A stretch of 64,000 bases of DNA from assembly GCA_038087875.1 (NCBI GenBank), contig JAXLNO010000471.1:1-64000 (forward strand), given 5' to 3'. Below the pieces are notes generated by a model, which saw only the letters and a program-made list of their open reading frames with translations, had not been told where the DNA came from and ran no database searches. The DNA comes from Malacoraja senta. Taxonomy: Eukaryota. Below, piece after piece: positions 35,831 to 50,269 of the stretch (positions are counted from its first letter, which is position 1; each line of letters opens with the position of its first letter). Position numbers and translations under genes: made by a program.

Positions 35831-37029
35831 GAGTAGTGGGGGTCTGTTCACCTCTCCTCCAGGCATATCTTTCCCTTTCTCTTTCAGCCAATACCACCAC
35901 CACCTGTGTCCCTTCATCTCTCCTGAATTCCACTCAAACACCGACATGAACTTTTGATCTCGGTGCCTCTCTTTCCCTGCTATTTAAAGCAAATTGAAGC
36001 CAATACCGAGACTGACACATCAGTGACACACAATTACTCAAACTTCCATCAAACAGGAAAGGCCGAAAAACTAATTTGGCATTAGCTCAGGTAACTCACT
36101 GTGCAGCGCTGCAAATGATGACACAATTCATCAAACACACCTGTGTAATCCAACAAATCCCTCAGCTTTTTAGAAAATATCTGTAGATACACAAGCTTTA
36201 GAAATAGCTTTGTTTTGTGTTTAGGGCAAGTATAAATTAACAGATATAATCTAACCTCTTGCTTATACCTATAATTCGTTTCTTTTTTGACCTGCAGCAT
36301 ATTAGTGCACATCAAATTAGAAGTCTCCTTATTTTGTGGAAAACATAAAGTGGTGGAGGAGCTCAGCGAGTCAGGCAGCAGCTGGGGAGGGAAATGCACA
36401 GATGATGTTTTGGGTCCGGACCTTTATTCAGACCGATTGGAGTCCATTGTTGAAACATCGCCTGTCCATTGCCACTACTGATGCTGCCTGACCCACTGAG
36501 TTATTCCAGTACTTTGAGTTTTGCTAAAGACTTCAATATATGCAGTTCCTTGTGTCACTCTTACTTTGTTCCAACTTCGGCAATGTCTTCAAGATGTGAT
36601 CTTAATCATTGCTGCGTTAAAACAAAAATGTTCAAAATTGGAGATAGTAATAATGTTTCAGTAAGAAATGAAATTGACTTTTAAGTCAAGGGAGAATGAG
36701 CAGTGGCCATACAATCAAAATAACTGGTCTAAAATGGTAAAGATGAGAAGCAATTGCCAAATTTAATGCAAGGAAGTGGTAAAGACATTGTGGCCTCACA
36801 GCACCAAAGAGCCGGGTTCAATTTTTACCTTGGGTGCTGTTCCTGTGTGGAGTTTGTGCATTCTCCCTGTGACCACATAGGTTTCCTCCGGGTGCTCTGG
36901 TTGCCTCCCACATCCCAAAGATGTGCAGGCTTGTAGGTTAGATGGCTACTGTAAAATTGCACTCAGTGTGTTGGGAGTGGATTAGAAAGTGGAATAACAT
37001 AGAGCTAATGTGAACAAGTTGGCCAAAGG

Positions 37030-37405
37030 GTGTAGAAAAGAACTGCAGATGCCGGTTTAAATCGAATGTAGATGCAAAATGCTGGAGTAACTCAGCGGGA
37101 CAGGCAGCAGCTCTAGAGAGAAGGAATGGGTGATGTTTCTGGTCGAGACCCTTCTCCAGACTGATGTTAGGGGAGCGGGCGGTACAGAGATAAAATGTAG
37201 TCGGAGACAGTAAGACTGGTCGGAAAACTGGGAAGGGGGAGGGGATGGAGAGAGAGGGAAAGGAAGGGCTACTTGAAGTTAGAGGTCAATGTTCATATCG
37301 CTGGGGTGCTAGCTACCCAAGCGAAATATGAGGTGCTGTTCCTCCAATTTGCGCTGGGCCCCACTCTGACAATGGAGGCCCAGGACAGAAAGGCCAGTGT
37401 GGGAA
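37030..37405 (-). mobile_element. Penelope-like element 3' portion
   Basis: LSVLGLHCQSGAQRKLEEQHLIFRLGS..PSDMNID plus terminal repeat; inserted into a SINE tail. Confidence 0.75.
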
Positions 37406-38756
37406 TGCCAAAGGGCGTGTTTCCATGCTGCATCTTTAAAAAGGATAGAAAAATATGAATGTTGCAAATGTGAGTCAAAAGACTGCCTGTTATCTGAATT
37501 TTTAACAAGGGAGTCAAGAATAGACACAAAGTGCTGCAGTAACTCAGTGGTTCAGGCAGCATTTCTGGAGAACATGGATAAGTGATGTTTTGGGTTGGGA
37601 CCCTTCTTCAGACTGATTGGAGTAGGGAGGAGAAAGCTGTAAGAGAGGTGAGAGTGAGGCAAAGTCTGGCAAGTGATAGGTTGACATAAGAGAGAGGGGA
37701 GGTTTTAATTGGCAGATGGTTGGACAAAGGCCAGAAATGAAAAGACAATGATTTGCTTTCTATCCTGGGCCTCCCTTCATTGCTAGAGTGAGTCCAGATG
37801 CAAACTGGAACAGCACCTCCTGTTCCACTTGAATAGCTTCAAACCCAACATATGAATATTGAATACTCCAATTATAGGTAACTTACCTACATTGAGCCCA
37901 CCCTCTATTTTCCAATAATTTACAAGTCCTGCTATACAATCTACATGACTGCCCACACACACAGCTTCAAATGTCTTTGTGGCAACATATGGCCCTGGTT
38001 TGCTTCTTGTGAACAAGCTTGCAGGCTTGATTGTGCCTTGGGATTTTGTGCCCTTGCATGAGTCCTGAACCAATGAGGAGCTGTTTAAAATTTACCTTCA
38101 GGTTTACGCTTCATTAGATAATTAGGCTATTTCCGAGCGATCTTCCAACAGCAGGAATATTTCTGGCATTGTGAAATCCAATTTATTTATCATACTTTAC
38201 CTCTTAAATCCTGACCACCAGCAAAGTAACCTATTTTACTGTCAAATAAAATTTGATTGCTGTTATTGTTGAATAGCATACGTAATTAGTTACGAAGAAT
38301 TTATTAATTGTTTTTTTTTAACAGCTGCTGAGATGGAGTCACTGAAGCTTATACCACATCCCAAACAGACAACAGTGTTCGTAAATAAATCTCTTGGGCC
38401 TTGTTAAAATTTGCAAGACGAACTGTGCCCACCAAGCTGACATTTCACAGCCAATCAACTGTGACTGAAGAAGCAAACCCAGCTTTATCCAGTTTAACAA
38501 TGCAATTACTGTATATAAACAGTAAGTAGAGTAATGAAAATTCACTGAAATTACAGTCCTTTCATCCAATGCATATACCTCCTCCATGCAGCTAAAATGA
38601 TTGAAAATCATTTTTTTTGTTTTGCAATGATTATTTGATTTTAAGCTATTTTTACACAGAATTCTTTCTTGCATCTTCCAGTACCACCCTCAGCTGGAGT
38701 AGGAAGCAGTATGCTTCTGGGCCATTGCTGAAAAATTCCTATTAATATCAAATTAC

Positions 38757-39145
38757 AGAGTCATAGAGTCATACAGCGTGGAAACAGGCCCTTCGGCCCA
38801 ACTTGCCCACACCGACCAACATGGATGGGGCATCCACACTAGTCCCACTTGCCCGCACTCGGCCCATAACCCTCTAAACCTGTATCTGCCCAAATGTATT
38901 TTAAACATTATAATTGTACTTGCCTCAACTACCTCCAGCAGTTTATTCCATATACCCGACACCCTTTGTGTAAAAAAGTCACCCCTCAGGATCCTATTGA
39001 AACTTTCCCCCCTCAACTTAAACCCATGTCCTCTGCTTCTCAATTCCATTCTGGGCGTAACACTCTGTGCATTTACCCAATCTATTTCTCTCATGGTCTT
39101 GTAAACCTCCATGCGATCGACCCTCATCCTCCTGCACTCCAAGGT
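38757..39145 (-). mobile_element. CR1/HER1 LINE 3' fragment
   Basis: LECRRMRVDRMEVYKTMR..RSRGHGFKLRGESFNRILRGDFFTQRVSGIWNKL; (gactctat) tail. Confidence 0.8.
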
Positions 39146-40809
39146 ATTTAAAGATTTCTCTGTCCCAATTCTTGACCTGACAAGACCCTTATCACATTGA
39201 TGTGCCAAGGGATCTTGGAATCCAAATCCCCAGCTCCCTGTAAATGGCAACACATGTAGATAGTGTAGTAAAGAAGGTTTTGGATATGTTTGTCTTCATC
39301 GGTCAGGGCATTGACTATTGGAATCAGGAAGTCATGTTGCAGTTTTACATTGGAGTATAGTGTAAAGTTCTGGTCACCCCATTACACAGGAAGGAAGTGG
39401 AGTCTTGGAGAGGGTGTTGAATTAGAGGTTATATTAGCTATCAGGATATTAACTATCTCTGGAGCTTCGGAGGCTGAGAGCTGATAGCAGTGTGTGCAAT
39501 TATGAGAGGAGTAGATAGGGTAGACAGTCAGAACCTTTATCCCAGCGTGAACATGTCAAAACTATGGATTTGGTTATAATTGCCATGATTCTTAACTGAA
39601 TGAGAACAGAACAATCATTTAGTGGAGATGACTTTTTCTGCACTCTCTTCTCTTTCAAGAAAGCAACAGGTTTATTATTGTTGTGTGGTACAGTGAAAAG
39701 CTTTGTTTTGCATGCTATCAAATCAAATCAAATAATACTATGCATAAATACAATCAAGCCAAACTCAAGGATTGTGGGTGGAGCGAATGGGAATAAACAG
39801 AATGCAGAATATAGTTCTCAGTATTACAGCACACCAGTTCCAGAGACAAAGTCCAATGTCTGCAATAGGGGAGAGATGAACCAGACTACCCTAACTTATG
39901 TTAGTACTCTTCAGAAGCCTGATAACACAGTATAGAAATTGTTGCTGAGTTTGGTGGCACACAATTTCAAGCTTCTGTATTTTCTGCCAGATGGGTGTGG
40001 GGAGAAGATGGAATGACCGGTGTGGGACAAGTTCTGGATTATCATGGCATGTGTTAGACTTGTGCCCAAATAAAGTAACGTTTTAAAAAAAAGGAAAATA
40101 GGCTGGTATTGTCAGCAGATCCAGAGGTTTAAGTTGAGGGAGGAAAGATTTCATAGGAACGTGAGGGGAAATTTTTTTAATACAAAGTTTGGTAGGTGTA
40201 TGGAACAAGCTGCCAGAGGATGTAGTTGAGGCAGGTACTATCACAACGTTTAAAAAAAACATTTGGATGGGTACATGGATAGGATAGGTTTAGGGAAATA
40301 GGCCAAACGCAAGCAGGTGGGACTAGTGCAAATGGGGCATGTTGATCGGTGTGGGCAAGTTGGGCTGAAGAGCCTGTTTCCATGCAGTATGACTCTGATT
40401 CTATGATTCTATGAATTCACCAGGATATGTATGCATAGCAGTGAAATAGCCTGAGGAAAGTTTAATAGGGCTTTCTGAGAAAGAGAGCACCACAGACTGT
40501 TTGACTTTACTATTATATTTAGAGATCCATGAACTCGATGTGAATGTTTGAAATAATTTTTATATCATTTAAATACATAAATTAAGTGGATATTTGGAGC
40601 CAATTCATTTGAAATAAATGCTGGCAAAAATGAAGTTAATTGCACCATTTATCTTCTTTGCTAACATATGAAGTTTATAATCCAGATGAACTGATTGTAC
40701 ATAACATAGTGACAGGGAAATATCAACGGTCTGTTCAAAATTCACGATTGCTTCTCACATACTGAGATTTTCCTCTGCCATCGGTGCATTACTTAGTATC
40801 TTTATTTTA

Positions 40810-41108
40810 GTTTTTAGAGATACAGCGCAAAAAACAGGCCCGTTGGTCCACCAAGTCCACGCTGGCCAGCGATCTCCAAGCACTAGCACTACCCTACACA
40901 CTAGGGACAATTTATAATTTTATCAAGCCAATTAGCCTAGAAAACTACATCTTTGGCTTGTGGGCGGAAACCGGAGCACCGGGAGAAAACCAACACGGTC
41001 ACAGGGAGAAATTACAAACCCCGCACTGACAGCATCCGTAGTCAGGATTGAACCCAGGTCTCTGGCACTTTAAGACAGCAACTCTACCGCTGCGCCACTG
41101 CGCCGCCC
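40810..41108 (-). mobile_element. HE1-like SINE
   Basis: Minus strand gggcggcgcagtggcgcagcggtagagttgctg.. head through to the tail. Confidence 0.8.
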
Positions 41109-42739
41109 TTGTATCTTGGATCCTGCATTCTTGTATCCACATCTGCACACCAATGGGAATCTTCAAAACTTACCTCAGTAGGAAAATCTTTTCCATCTAC
41201 GTACAAATGACATTCAGAGCCAAGAATGTGCCATTGTCCTCAATAGTTGACAGAACTTGAATATTCATGACAATTCTGGACTCAGCAGGAGTTTTTTGGA
41301 AGGAACTGGAGCTGGTAGCTACCTACTAAGCGCGTGATTACCCTCCTGATTATGTGAAGTGTCACCACTCATGTTCTGTGAACTAAATGTCCAAAAAATA
41401 AGTACTTTTATTTATTTTATTTTAACAAAATGAATCTGAATCAAAATGAAAAAAATAAAGGACGGAAACTCATTGTTAATTAGTGGTATGTTACAGTGTT
41501 AATGAATATATCTGTGCCGTTTGCACATTCTCCCTGTGACCACATGGGTTCCATCTGGGTGCTCCGGTTTCCCCCCACATCTCAGACATGCGGGTTTGTA
41601 GGTTAATTGGCCTCTGTAAATTGCCCTGAGTGGGTAGGGAGTGTATATAGAATTGAGATAACATGGAACTGGTGTCCATGGGTGATCGGTGTGGCCTATT
41701 TCCATGTTGTATCTTTCAATCAACAATTAGTCAATCAATCTATCAATCAATCAATCAATTTCAATCCCTTTTACTCCTCCAGTTTTTTTTAACTGGATAT
41801 TAAAATACCATGTTTCAAAAAACACAAGCATTAGACTGCATCTTTCATTCTGCTACATACATTAGTACATACCACAATTTTATTGGTGGCCTACTTAAAT
41901 GAGTCCTGTAATTGATGGAAGCACTGGTGCAAAAACGACTAGGTATGTGCAAGGCTTCACATCAAATGAGTTGCTGTATATTATATGACTTTGTTTTTTA
42001 ATTCACCACTTTGCAATGTTATGTGGTATCTGGTATGAACACCAAATAAGCACAACAATCTATGGACAACAAAGACAACAAAGACTATGGACAACAAAGA
42101 CAAATAAAGAATAAAACCTGTCCTGTACTATCTTTGGCAGGTGGATACAATGGTAGGTCTTATCAACTCGAGGAAGTGACCAGGTTGGTACTTAAGGCAA
42201 ATGTGGAGGACAGATGACAGATTGCCATTATGTAACTGATGTTCCCTGTAACTCAGCTCCATTTCACTCACAGAGCACATTTTTCATTTTCATTTATTAA
42301 TTTTATTAGGAGAAACGTGAATACCTGTTTTTTGGTGTTCATATATTTTTTATTTTAGAGACAGCATGGAAACTTGCTTCGGCCCACTGGGTACATGGCA
42401 GCCATCGATCACCCGTTCACACTAGTTCCATGTTATCCCACTTTCTCATCCTTTCCCTACACACAAATGACTATTTACAGAGGCCAATTAATCTATAAAC
42501 ACACATTTTGGGGATGTGGGAGGAAACCCAAGCGATCACAACGAGAACATGCAAACTCCACATGAACAGCACCCGAGGTCAGGATTGAACTCGAGTCTGT
42601 GGCGCTGCAAGGCAGCAGCTTTACCAGCTGCACTACAGTGTCGTCATATAGGACACATAATATTGCAAAATGATTCATTCATCTACTGAGTCATACATGA
42701 ATGAATAATGAATGAATAAAAAATGTATTGGCCAAGTAT

Positions 42740-43745
42740 AATAATAATAATAATAATAATAAACCTTATTTATGGGCGCCTTTCAAAAGTCTCAAGGACA
42801 CCTTACAAAGTTTAACAAATAGTGTAGAAACATGTAAGCGGAATGAAACAAATAGCAAAGACATCACCAGTACACAAATTAAAGATAGAATTAAATCCAA
42901 AAACAAAAATCAAAAACACAACATGGAAGAGAGAGCAGTGGCTGCTAAAGCACGCCAGCGTCCACTTTCCCTTCCGACCGCCATCTTGGACATAGACTAA
43001 CATAGACACTACACATTACACACAAAATCATCCCCCCACAATGATTACCACTGTGGGGGAAGGCACAATGTCCAGTCCCCAACCCCAGTTCTCCCCAAAG
43101 TCAGGCCTATTGAGGCCTCCACAGTTGCCTCTACGGAGGCCCGATGTTCCTGGCCGTTCTCACCGGGTGTTGTTGTCCCGGCATCGGGAGAGTCCTCACA
43201 GCGGCTGGGACGGCTGGAATGGCCGATCTCCTGCCGGTGTCCATTGCACTTGAAGCCGACATGGCCGCGCCGATTTGGAGTTCAGAGGCTCACGATGTTG
43301 GAGTCGGCGCCGCCGTCCGCAGCTGGTCGCTCCGCAGTCCCGCAGCCCGGAGGTGTTGAGCTCGGCAGTTGCAGCTCACCGGAGCTCCAGCGTGTCGATC
43401 CAGCGCGGCGACCCAGGCAAGGCATCGCCCGCTCCGCTCCGCGATAGCGCTCCAGCGCTGTGCCGCCACCGAAGCTGAAGGTGCTGGGCAGTCCCCGCCT
43501 GGAAAACGCTGCTCCACGCCCGCTGGTAGGCCGCAAGGACGGGTCGACGGGGCAGCCCCGAGAAAAAACTGCCTCACCGACCAGGTAGGGACCTAGAAAA
43601 TAGTTTCCCCTTACCCCCCCACATTAAAGTCAAAATACCCCACGAGACAAAGACAAGAAAAAACTAAAAACGAAGTTAAAAAAAGTGAATTTAACGGACG
43701 GCTGCTGGTTAGCAGCCGTTCCCCAAGATAGCCCCTCCTCCCTCC
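42740..43745 (-). mobile_element. GC-rich non-autonomous retroposon with L2-type tail, inserted into a Rex1 3' end
   Basis: 5-bp TSD AGTAT (42735-42739, 43746-43750). Tail tgtaaggtgtccttgagacttttgaaaggcgcccataaataaggtt(tat)n. Body homologous to 45526-46329. Confidence 0.75.
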
Positions 43746-44255
43746 AGTATGTATACATATATAGAATTTGCCTTGGTGCTTTGCTCGCAAGGATAAAAAC
43801 ACGATATACAGCAGACAATTAAAAATAAAGCATTATAATTTAAATATGTGAAAATAAAGTACCAGAGTAAAAGGTGGCTACAGACGTTTGGTTGTTGAGT
43901 AGAGCTACTGCTCATGGAAAAAAGCTGTTTTTATGTCTGGCTGTGGCGGCTTTGATAGTCCAGAGTCGCCTTCCAGAGGGAAGTACTTCAAAGAGTCGTG
44001 GTCAGAGTGAGAGGGGTCAGAGATGATCTTACCCACTAGCTTCCTGTCCCTTGCAATGTACGGTTCATCAATGGTGGGGGGAAGGTTGCAGCCAACAACT
44101 TTCTCGGCTGATCGAACGATGCGCTGCAGACTGGATGTCAAGCTTGGTGGCTGAGCCAAAACAGACTAGGATGGAGAAGGTGAGGACAGACTCTATGATG
44201 GTAGTGTAAAACTGGACCATCATTGCCTGTGGCAGGTTGTGTTTCCTCGCATAGA
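43746..44255 (-). mobile_element. Rex1/Babar LINE 3' fragment
   Basis: RKHNLPQAMMVQFYTTIIESVLTFSILVCFGSATK..LQRIVRSAEKVVGCNLP..IISDPSH. Confidence 0.8.
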
Positions 44256-45525
44256 CCATCACTCTCCCTCCCCACGGCCATGGAGCAGCAGCGCTGCCGC
44301 CCCCAGACCCAGCCCCTGCGCCCAGGCCCCGGGTCCCAGGCATGGCCTCTCCCCGACCCTGCCGCGCGGGCCCGGAGCAGCAGCGCCCCAGCCCTAGACC
44401 CCGGGCCCCAGGCATCTTGCTTATTTCCATGCAACCTATTCTTTCCTAAATACTCATTAACTCTCTCCAGTTTTACCAGCATATTGAGCCTGTCCCATTT
44501 GCCTGCATTTGGCCCATAACCATCTAAACCCTTCCTATCCATATATCTGTCCAAATGCCTTTTAAAAATCATAAAGAAGAACCACAAACATTAAGGCATT
44601 ATTTTGCTTGCTATTTTATCACAATTTGTAAATGTATCATTTGTATATCCATTTGCACAGCTCCAAGGTCTTCAAACTTTTATTTAACTCTCATTTAACC
44701 CTGCATGTGCAGATGCAAGAAGCTGCTGGCAGTTTTACCCAACCACAAGGCGAAGCACCAAGGGCATTACCTTAATAAGTACGGTAAAATCTAGGGCAAT
44801 ACAATTCTAATCTATTCATTTCAATGGATCAGAAATATGAATGAGATTACTTGCTGCAGGAATGCATTTAGCAAATTCATCCTCGCATCAAAAACTACAT
44901 GCTGAGTAATTGCATAAGTTGCTAGACAATATAGCAAATTTACATAATCATAATAATTTCAGATAATTTTTCCCCATGTCTGACTCTAACTGGTTATAAT
45001 ATATTTAGGGATTTGCTTGCATGCTATCAAATGACCTTAAAATAACATCACCCACCGGCAATAAGATGTATATAATAAAGGTAATGAGAAATGCAAGAAA
45101 TTGTTTTTGCTTTTGGAGTCATAATCATAGAGATATACAGCACAGAAAATAGCCGTTCAGCTCAACACGCCCATGCTGACCAAGATGCCATAGTCACAGA
45201 GTTATACAGGGTGGAAACAGGCCGGTTGGCCCAACTTGCCCATGCCGACCAACATGCCCCATCTACACTATATGCCCTTCTTAGATAGTCCCATTTGTTT
45301 GCATTTGGCCCATTTTCTTCCAACCCTATCCTATCCAAGTGCCCGTCCAAGTGTCTTTCAAATGTAATTGTACCTGTCTACCACTTCCTCTGGCAGCTCA
45401 TTCTATATACCTGCTACCCTCTGAGTATTACATTTGTACCAAATATCCCCTTTAAATCTTTCCCCTCTCACTTTAAACCTATGCTCTCTAATTTTAGATT
45501 CCTCGATCCTGGGAAAAAGACTCTA

Positions 45526-46329
45526 CAAAGGATACAAAGGACATTTATTATCACATACACCAATTGGTGTAGTGAAATTTGACTTGCCATGCAGCACACA
45601 AATAAAGATAAGATTCAACATTAAAGAATTTAACAATAAACATAAAAACACTTTGAGGGAAGGCACAAAGTCCAGTCCCCATCCCCTTGTCCACCCATAG
45701 TCCGGCCTATTGAGGCCTCTGCAGTCGGCGCTACGGCGGCCTGATGTTTCAAGCCCTCTCGCCGGATGATGGTGCTCCGGCGTCGGGAGAACCCTCTCAG
45801 CGGCTTGGGACACCTGAAACGGCCGCTTCCTTACTAGAGTCCACGGCTTCCGAAGCCGGCAGGATGGATCTCAGCGAGAGATCCCAGGCTCCCGATGTTA
45901 AAGTCAGCGCCGCTCCACAGACCCGCAGCATCGCGATGTTCACCTGCGGTCTTCAGCTCACCGGAGCTCCAGCGCGGCGACCCGGGCAAGGCATCGCACG
46001 CTTCGCTCCGCGATAGCGCTCCAGCGCTCTGCCGCCGCCGAAGCCGAGGTTCTGGCCGGTCCCCTCAGGAAACGTCACTCCAGACCCGTTGGTAGGCCGC
46101 GAGGACGGGTCGAAGTTGCAGCCCGGAGAAAAGCCGCCTCTCCAACCAGGTAGAGACCCTGAAAAGTAGTTTCCCCCTTCCCACCCCCACCCCCACCCCC
46201 CACATAAAAAAGAATAGACCTCCAAACAAAACACTTTTTAACACACTAAAAATAAAAGAAAGAAGTGAAAAGACAGACAGCTGCAGGCTGGGCAGCCATA
46301 CCCAACTGGACGGCGCCCCCTATCTACCT
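45526..46329 (-). mobile_element. GC-rich non-autonomous retroposon with Rex1-type tail, inserted into a CR1 fragment
   Basis: 6-bp TSD ACTCTA (45520-45525, 46330-46335). Tail aatttcactacaccaattggtgtatgtgataataaatgtcctttg. Body homologous to 43.05-43.73 kb. Confidence 0.75.
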
Positions 46330-47119
46330 ACTCTATCTACCCTAACTAAGCCCCTCATAATGTTATGCCTATTTAAAGTCACCCCCATCCCCCCATCTTC
46401 CTTCGTTCCAGGGATAACTGTCCCAACCTCTCCAAATACATTAATATTGCCCATTAAAAAGTATTCCTCTGATAGAGAATGGAAATACTAATTCTAATAT
46501 AATCAACTAAAATAAAACTATTTGCTGAAGAAATTGCTAACAGAATTTTGTTCGTACTACTTTTATGCAACCATCCTGTTGTTGTAATAATGTAGTAAAT
46601 ATGTATTTGTTCCTGACATTTGTATATTTCATTTGGACTTCTTCCAATGTTGAGACGGTAAGAATTATTAGCTATAATACATCATGTTCATGATTGGCAC
46701 AAGAACATTTGCATGCAGAGAGCTTGAAATGTAACCATAGAAACTCAAAGAGATAGGTAACAACAGTTTATCCTTTGAACATGTGTTTTGTTTGATCAAT
46801 CTGCAATTATGGGATCTTGAGAAGACAGTGGTGAAGCCTTTTTTCACTCTTTTGATCTTTATCTTTAAAGTACTCGTACTATTATATTACAATGGTCACA
46901 TCTGGTTTATCAGGAAGAGCTTCCATTTTTACTAAGAATTGTTTCTCTCTCAAACAGCGTGTGATGAGGACTGCCCTCATGTGCTGTGCTACAACCTCAA
47001 TGTTGTTTCAATTCAACACCTTTATTCATTACTCGCTTTTGAAAAAACTAATAACCTACAATGAAGTATGTCTCTTTTTATCCTTCCATTTTTCTCGACT
47101 TTATCAGCTCATATCATTC

Positions 47120-47585
47120 GATCACACAGATCATACTCCCCACCATTGACTCCATCCATATTTCACACTGCCTTGGAAAAGCAGCCAATATAATCAAAGA
47201 CTTATCCCAGCCTGCTCATTCCTTCTACTCACTGCTCCATTCAGGCAGAAGGTACAGAAGCTTGAAAGCGCACAACACCAGTCTCAGGAGTAGTCTCTTC
47301 CCCTCTGTTGTCAGCCTTCTGAATGGTCCTTCCATAGCTAGGGTATTGTCTGATTCACCTCTACCCCTATTGTAGACATTGGACTTTGTCTATGGAACTG
47401 GTGTGCTACTTTGCTAAGAACTATATTCTGTACTCTGTATCTTCCCATTTGCTCTACCTATTGTACTTTAGATTGACCACGATTGTATTTGTGTATAGTA
47501 TCATCTGGTTTAATTGGATAGCATGCAAAACAAGGCTTCTCACTTTACCTCGGCACATGTGACAATAATCAGCCTATATCTAAAC
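47120..47585 (+). mobile_element. Rex1/Babar LINE 3' fragment
   Basis: LPTIDSIHISHCLGKAANIIKDLSQPAHSFYSLLHSGRRYRSLKAHNTSLRSSLFPSVVSLLN plus a ..catgtgacaataa tail. Confidence 0.8.
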
Positions 47586-49474
47586 CTTGAAACTGAGATA
47601 GGGAAAGTTCAAGAGCAGATTTTTCAATTAGAATGAAATTATGGTTGGCAGGAATAGACACAAAAGCTGGGGCAACTCAGCGAGTCAGGGAGCAACTCTG
47701 GAGAAAAATAATAGGTGACGTTTCAGGTCGGAACGTCTGAAGAGCAGATAGACAGAAAATGCTGCAGTAATACAGTGGGACAAAGCTTAGTTTATTGTCA
47801 CGTGTACCGAGGTACAGTGAAAAGCATTTTTTTCTTGCGAGTTATCCAATCAGTGCGAAGACTATACATGATTTACAATCAAGCCACCCACAGCCATGCA
47901 GGTTAAGGGTAACAACATTTAGCGCAAGATTAACTACAGAAAAATGCAATTAAAGGTAGTCCGAGGGTCTCCAGTGAAGTAGATGGTAGCTCAGGACCAC
48001 TCTTTAGTTGGTGATAGAATGGTTCGGTTACCCGATAACAGCTGGGAAGAAACTATCCTGAATCTTAAACATGGTCAAAGGATATTTTGGATTGGGGCAC
48101 TTCTTCATTCTGTGTACCATCAGCACTAAGCCAGAGAGCCTAGTTTCCTGATACTGAATAATGAAATTAAATAAGAAATGCATCCCTCACAATGGGAACA
48201 AATAGCCCAGTTCTGCATACACTGCATAGAAATGTTTTTAATTACACCTGCATGTCTTCGGTATGTGGGAGGAAGCCAGAGTATGGTATTCCTTTGGGTC
48301 CACCAGTTTCATGACTTGTAGGTTAATTGGCCACTATAAATTGCCCCTAATGTGTAGTGATTGAATGCAAAAGTAGGATATCATAGAACCAATGGTTGGC
48401 GTTAATTTGGTGGGCTGAAGGGCTTGTTTCGATGCTGTATCTATCAATCAATAAATCGATACACACTGTGTTCCCAAAGATAAATTCCGTTTTAGTTTAG
48501 TTTATTATTGTCATATATACTGAGGTACAGTGAAATGCTTTTTTGTGGCATGCTATGCAGTCTGCGAGAAGCCTACATCAAGCCATTCACAGTGTGCAGA
48601 TACAGGAAAAGAATAACGTTTAGTGCAAGATAAAGTCTAGTAATGTGCAAGGAAAGATAGTCCAAGGGTCTCATGCCAACTGTAAAGTAAATGTCCTTAC
48701 ACATAAAATCAAATTTAAGATCTATGATAAATAGCCAATGTGAATCAAATAACGAAAGCGAAATTTTCCAAGCCCATGATTCTCTTCCCTAAATAAGCAG
48801 AGCAAATAAACATAAGAATGGGTATTAATAGCACGTTATGTGCATCTATAATAAGCAATCATACAGCACAGCATGTAACAAAGAATTCAGGTGGATAGCA
48901 CATGCAAATAAGTACTTCAGAATGTCAGAAATCAGTGAAATAAGAAAAACAATTAAATAAAATAAAATAACTCTCCTGCACTATCCCGTGAAACAAATTT
49001 AAGTTCCATGGATAAGGCTCAGGACTAAATGAAACATATTCAGGTGTTACTTTGTCTTCATCAATTTTTATGGATTATGTTTAGATTGCTGTTATTGTTA
49101 AACCTTTCCATCTTACCCATTTTACTGATTTTAGAAAATTAGTCCAAATGCACAATGATTTTTGGCTTGCAGTTAGATTTTCAGACATCGATCGGATTCT
49201 ATTTTGTAATTTACTACAACAATGTCAAGTTTCTTTGCCAACAATATGTACCTTGCCATCTAAATTGTAGGCTATCTGGAAGATATTGTTGACAGCAACA
49301 CAAAGAGTTATGCCATTTTTTGTAATAGTTTGTAGTTCAATGATGCTGCCCAACAACTTGACTTTCAAACGTGGACAAATACTCAAAGGAATTTCTCTCT
49401 TTGCTGACAACCATTTTGAGAAGAGAGAATTGATTGTGTTGTTTCACAGCACTGGCAACTTCCATTAATAAAAA

Positions 49475-49783
49475 TAGCACAGCTGCTAGTGCAGAGCCAG
49501 TGAACGGGGTTTGATCCTGACCTCGAGTACTGTCTGCGTGGTGTTTGCACGTTTCCCCTGTAACCAGGTGGTGTTCCTCCAGGTGTTCCGGTTTCCTCCC
49601 ACACCCCAACGATGTGTAGGTTTGTAGATTAATTGGCCTCTGTAAATTTCCCATAGTGTGTAGGAAGTGGATGTGAAAGTGGGTTAACATAGAACTAGTG
49701 CGAATGGGTGGATCGATGGGCGGCATGGACTCGGTGGACCGAAGGGCCATTTCCACACTGTATCTCTAAACTAAACTAAACTA
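49475..49783 (+). mobile_element. HE1-like SINE
   Basis: Head, core, CR1-type tail and (ctaaa)n end. Confidence 0.8.
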
Positions 49784-50269
49784 AAAAGCTTTTCATGAAC
49801 TGCAGATAACAAATTTCTTTTGAACACATTTTGATTGAATCAAATGCTTCTGCTGCCATTCGGTCTCATAGTGTAAAACGGTGTCAAAAATTGGATTGCA
49901 CCTATTTATGATGTTGATAAAATATGGTTTTATTATTAGCTTATGATATGGATAGTCTATCAATGTTGTGTTTATAGTTATTCTCTTTATCAGAAAAGTG
50001 AAAGCTTTTGGAATATTCTGTGGGGAAAATGAATCTCCAACATATTTGTGAAACTTGATTATGTTTAGGACTCAAAAATAGTAAAACACACAAAGTAATC
50101 GAGTGACTGTGAAATGGAACCGTGATTTTGGTTATTCCTCTCATATCAGTCTGTAAGTTAATATTTTGTCATTGCATGTTTTTAGGAATTCACCCATTTC
50201 TAACAGATAATAAACACATTACCATTTAAAAAAAACCTGTGTGAAATCCTAGTGGGGACAGGCAGCAAT

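Noticed and set aside
38325..38521. Plus-strand segment with a good acceptor (ttttttttaacag) and donor (gtaagt)
   Set aside because: All three frames contain stops and I see no homology. It could be a non-coding exon but this cannot be supported from sequence alone.
44265..44415. Small GC-rich patch as a second promoter
   Set aside because: Only ~150 bp, internally duplicated (ggagcagcagcgc..ccccggg.cccaggcat) and wedged between repeats; more likely a repeat fragment.
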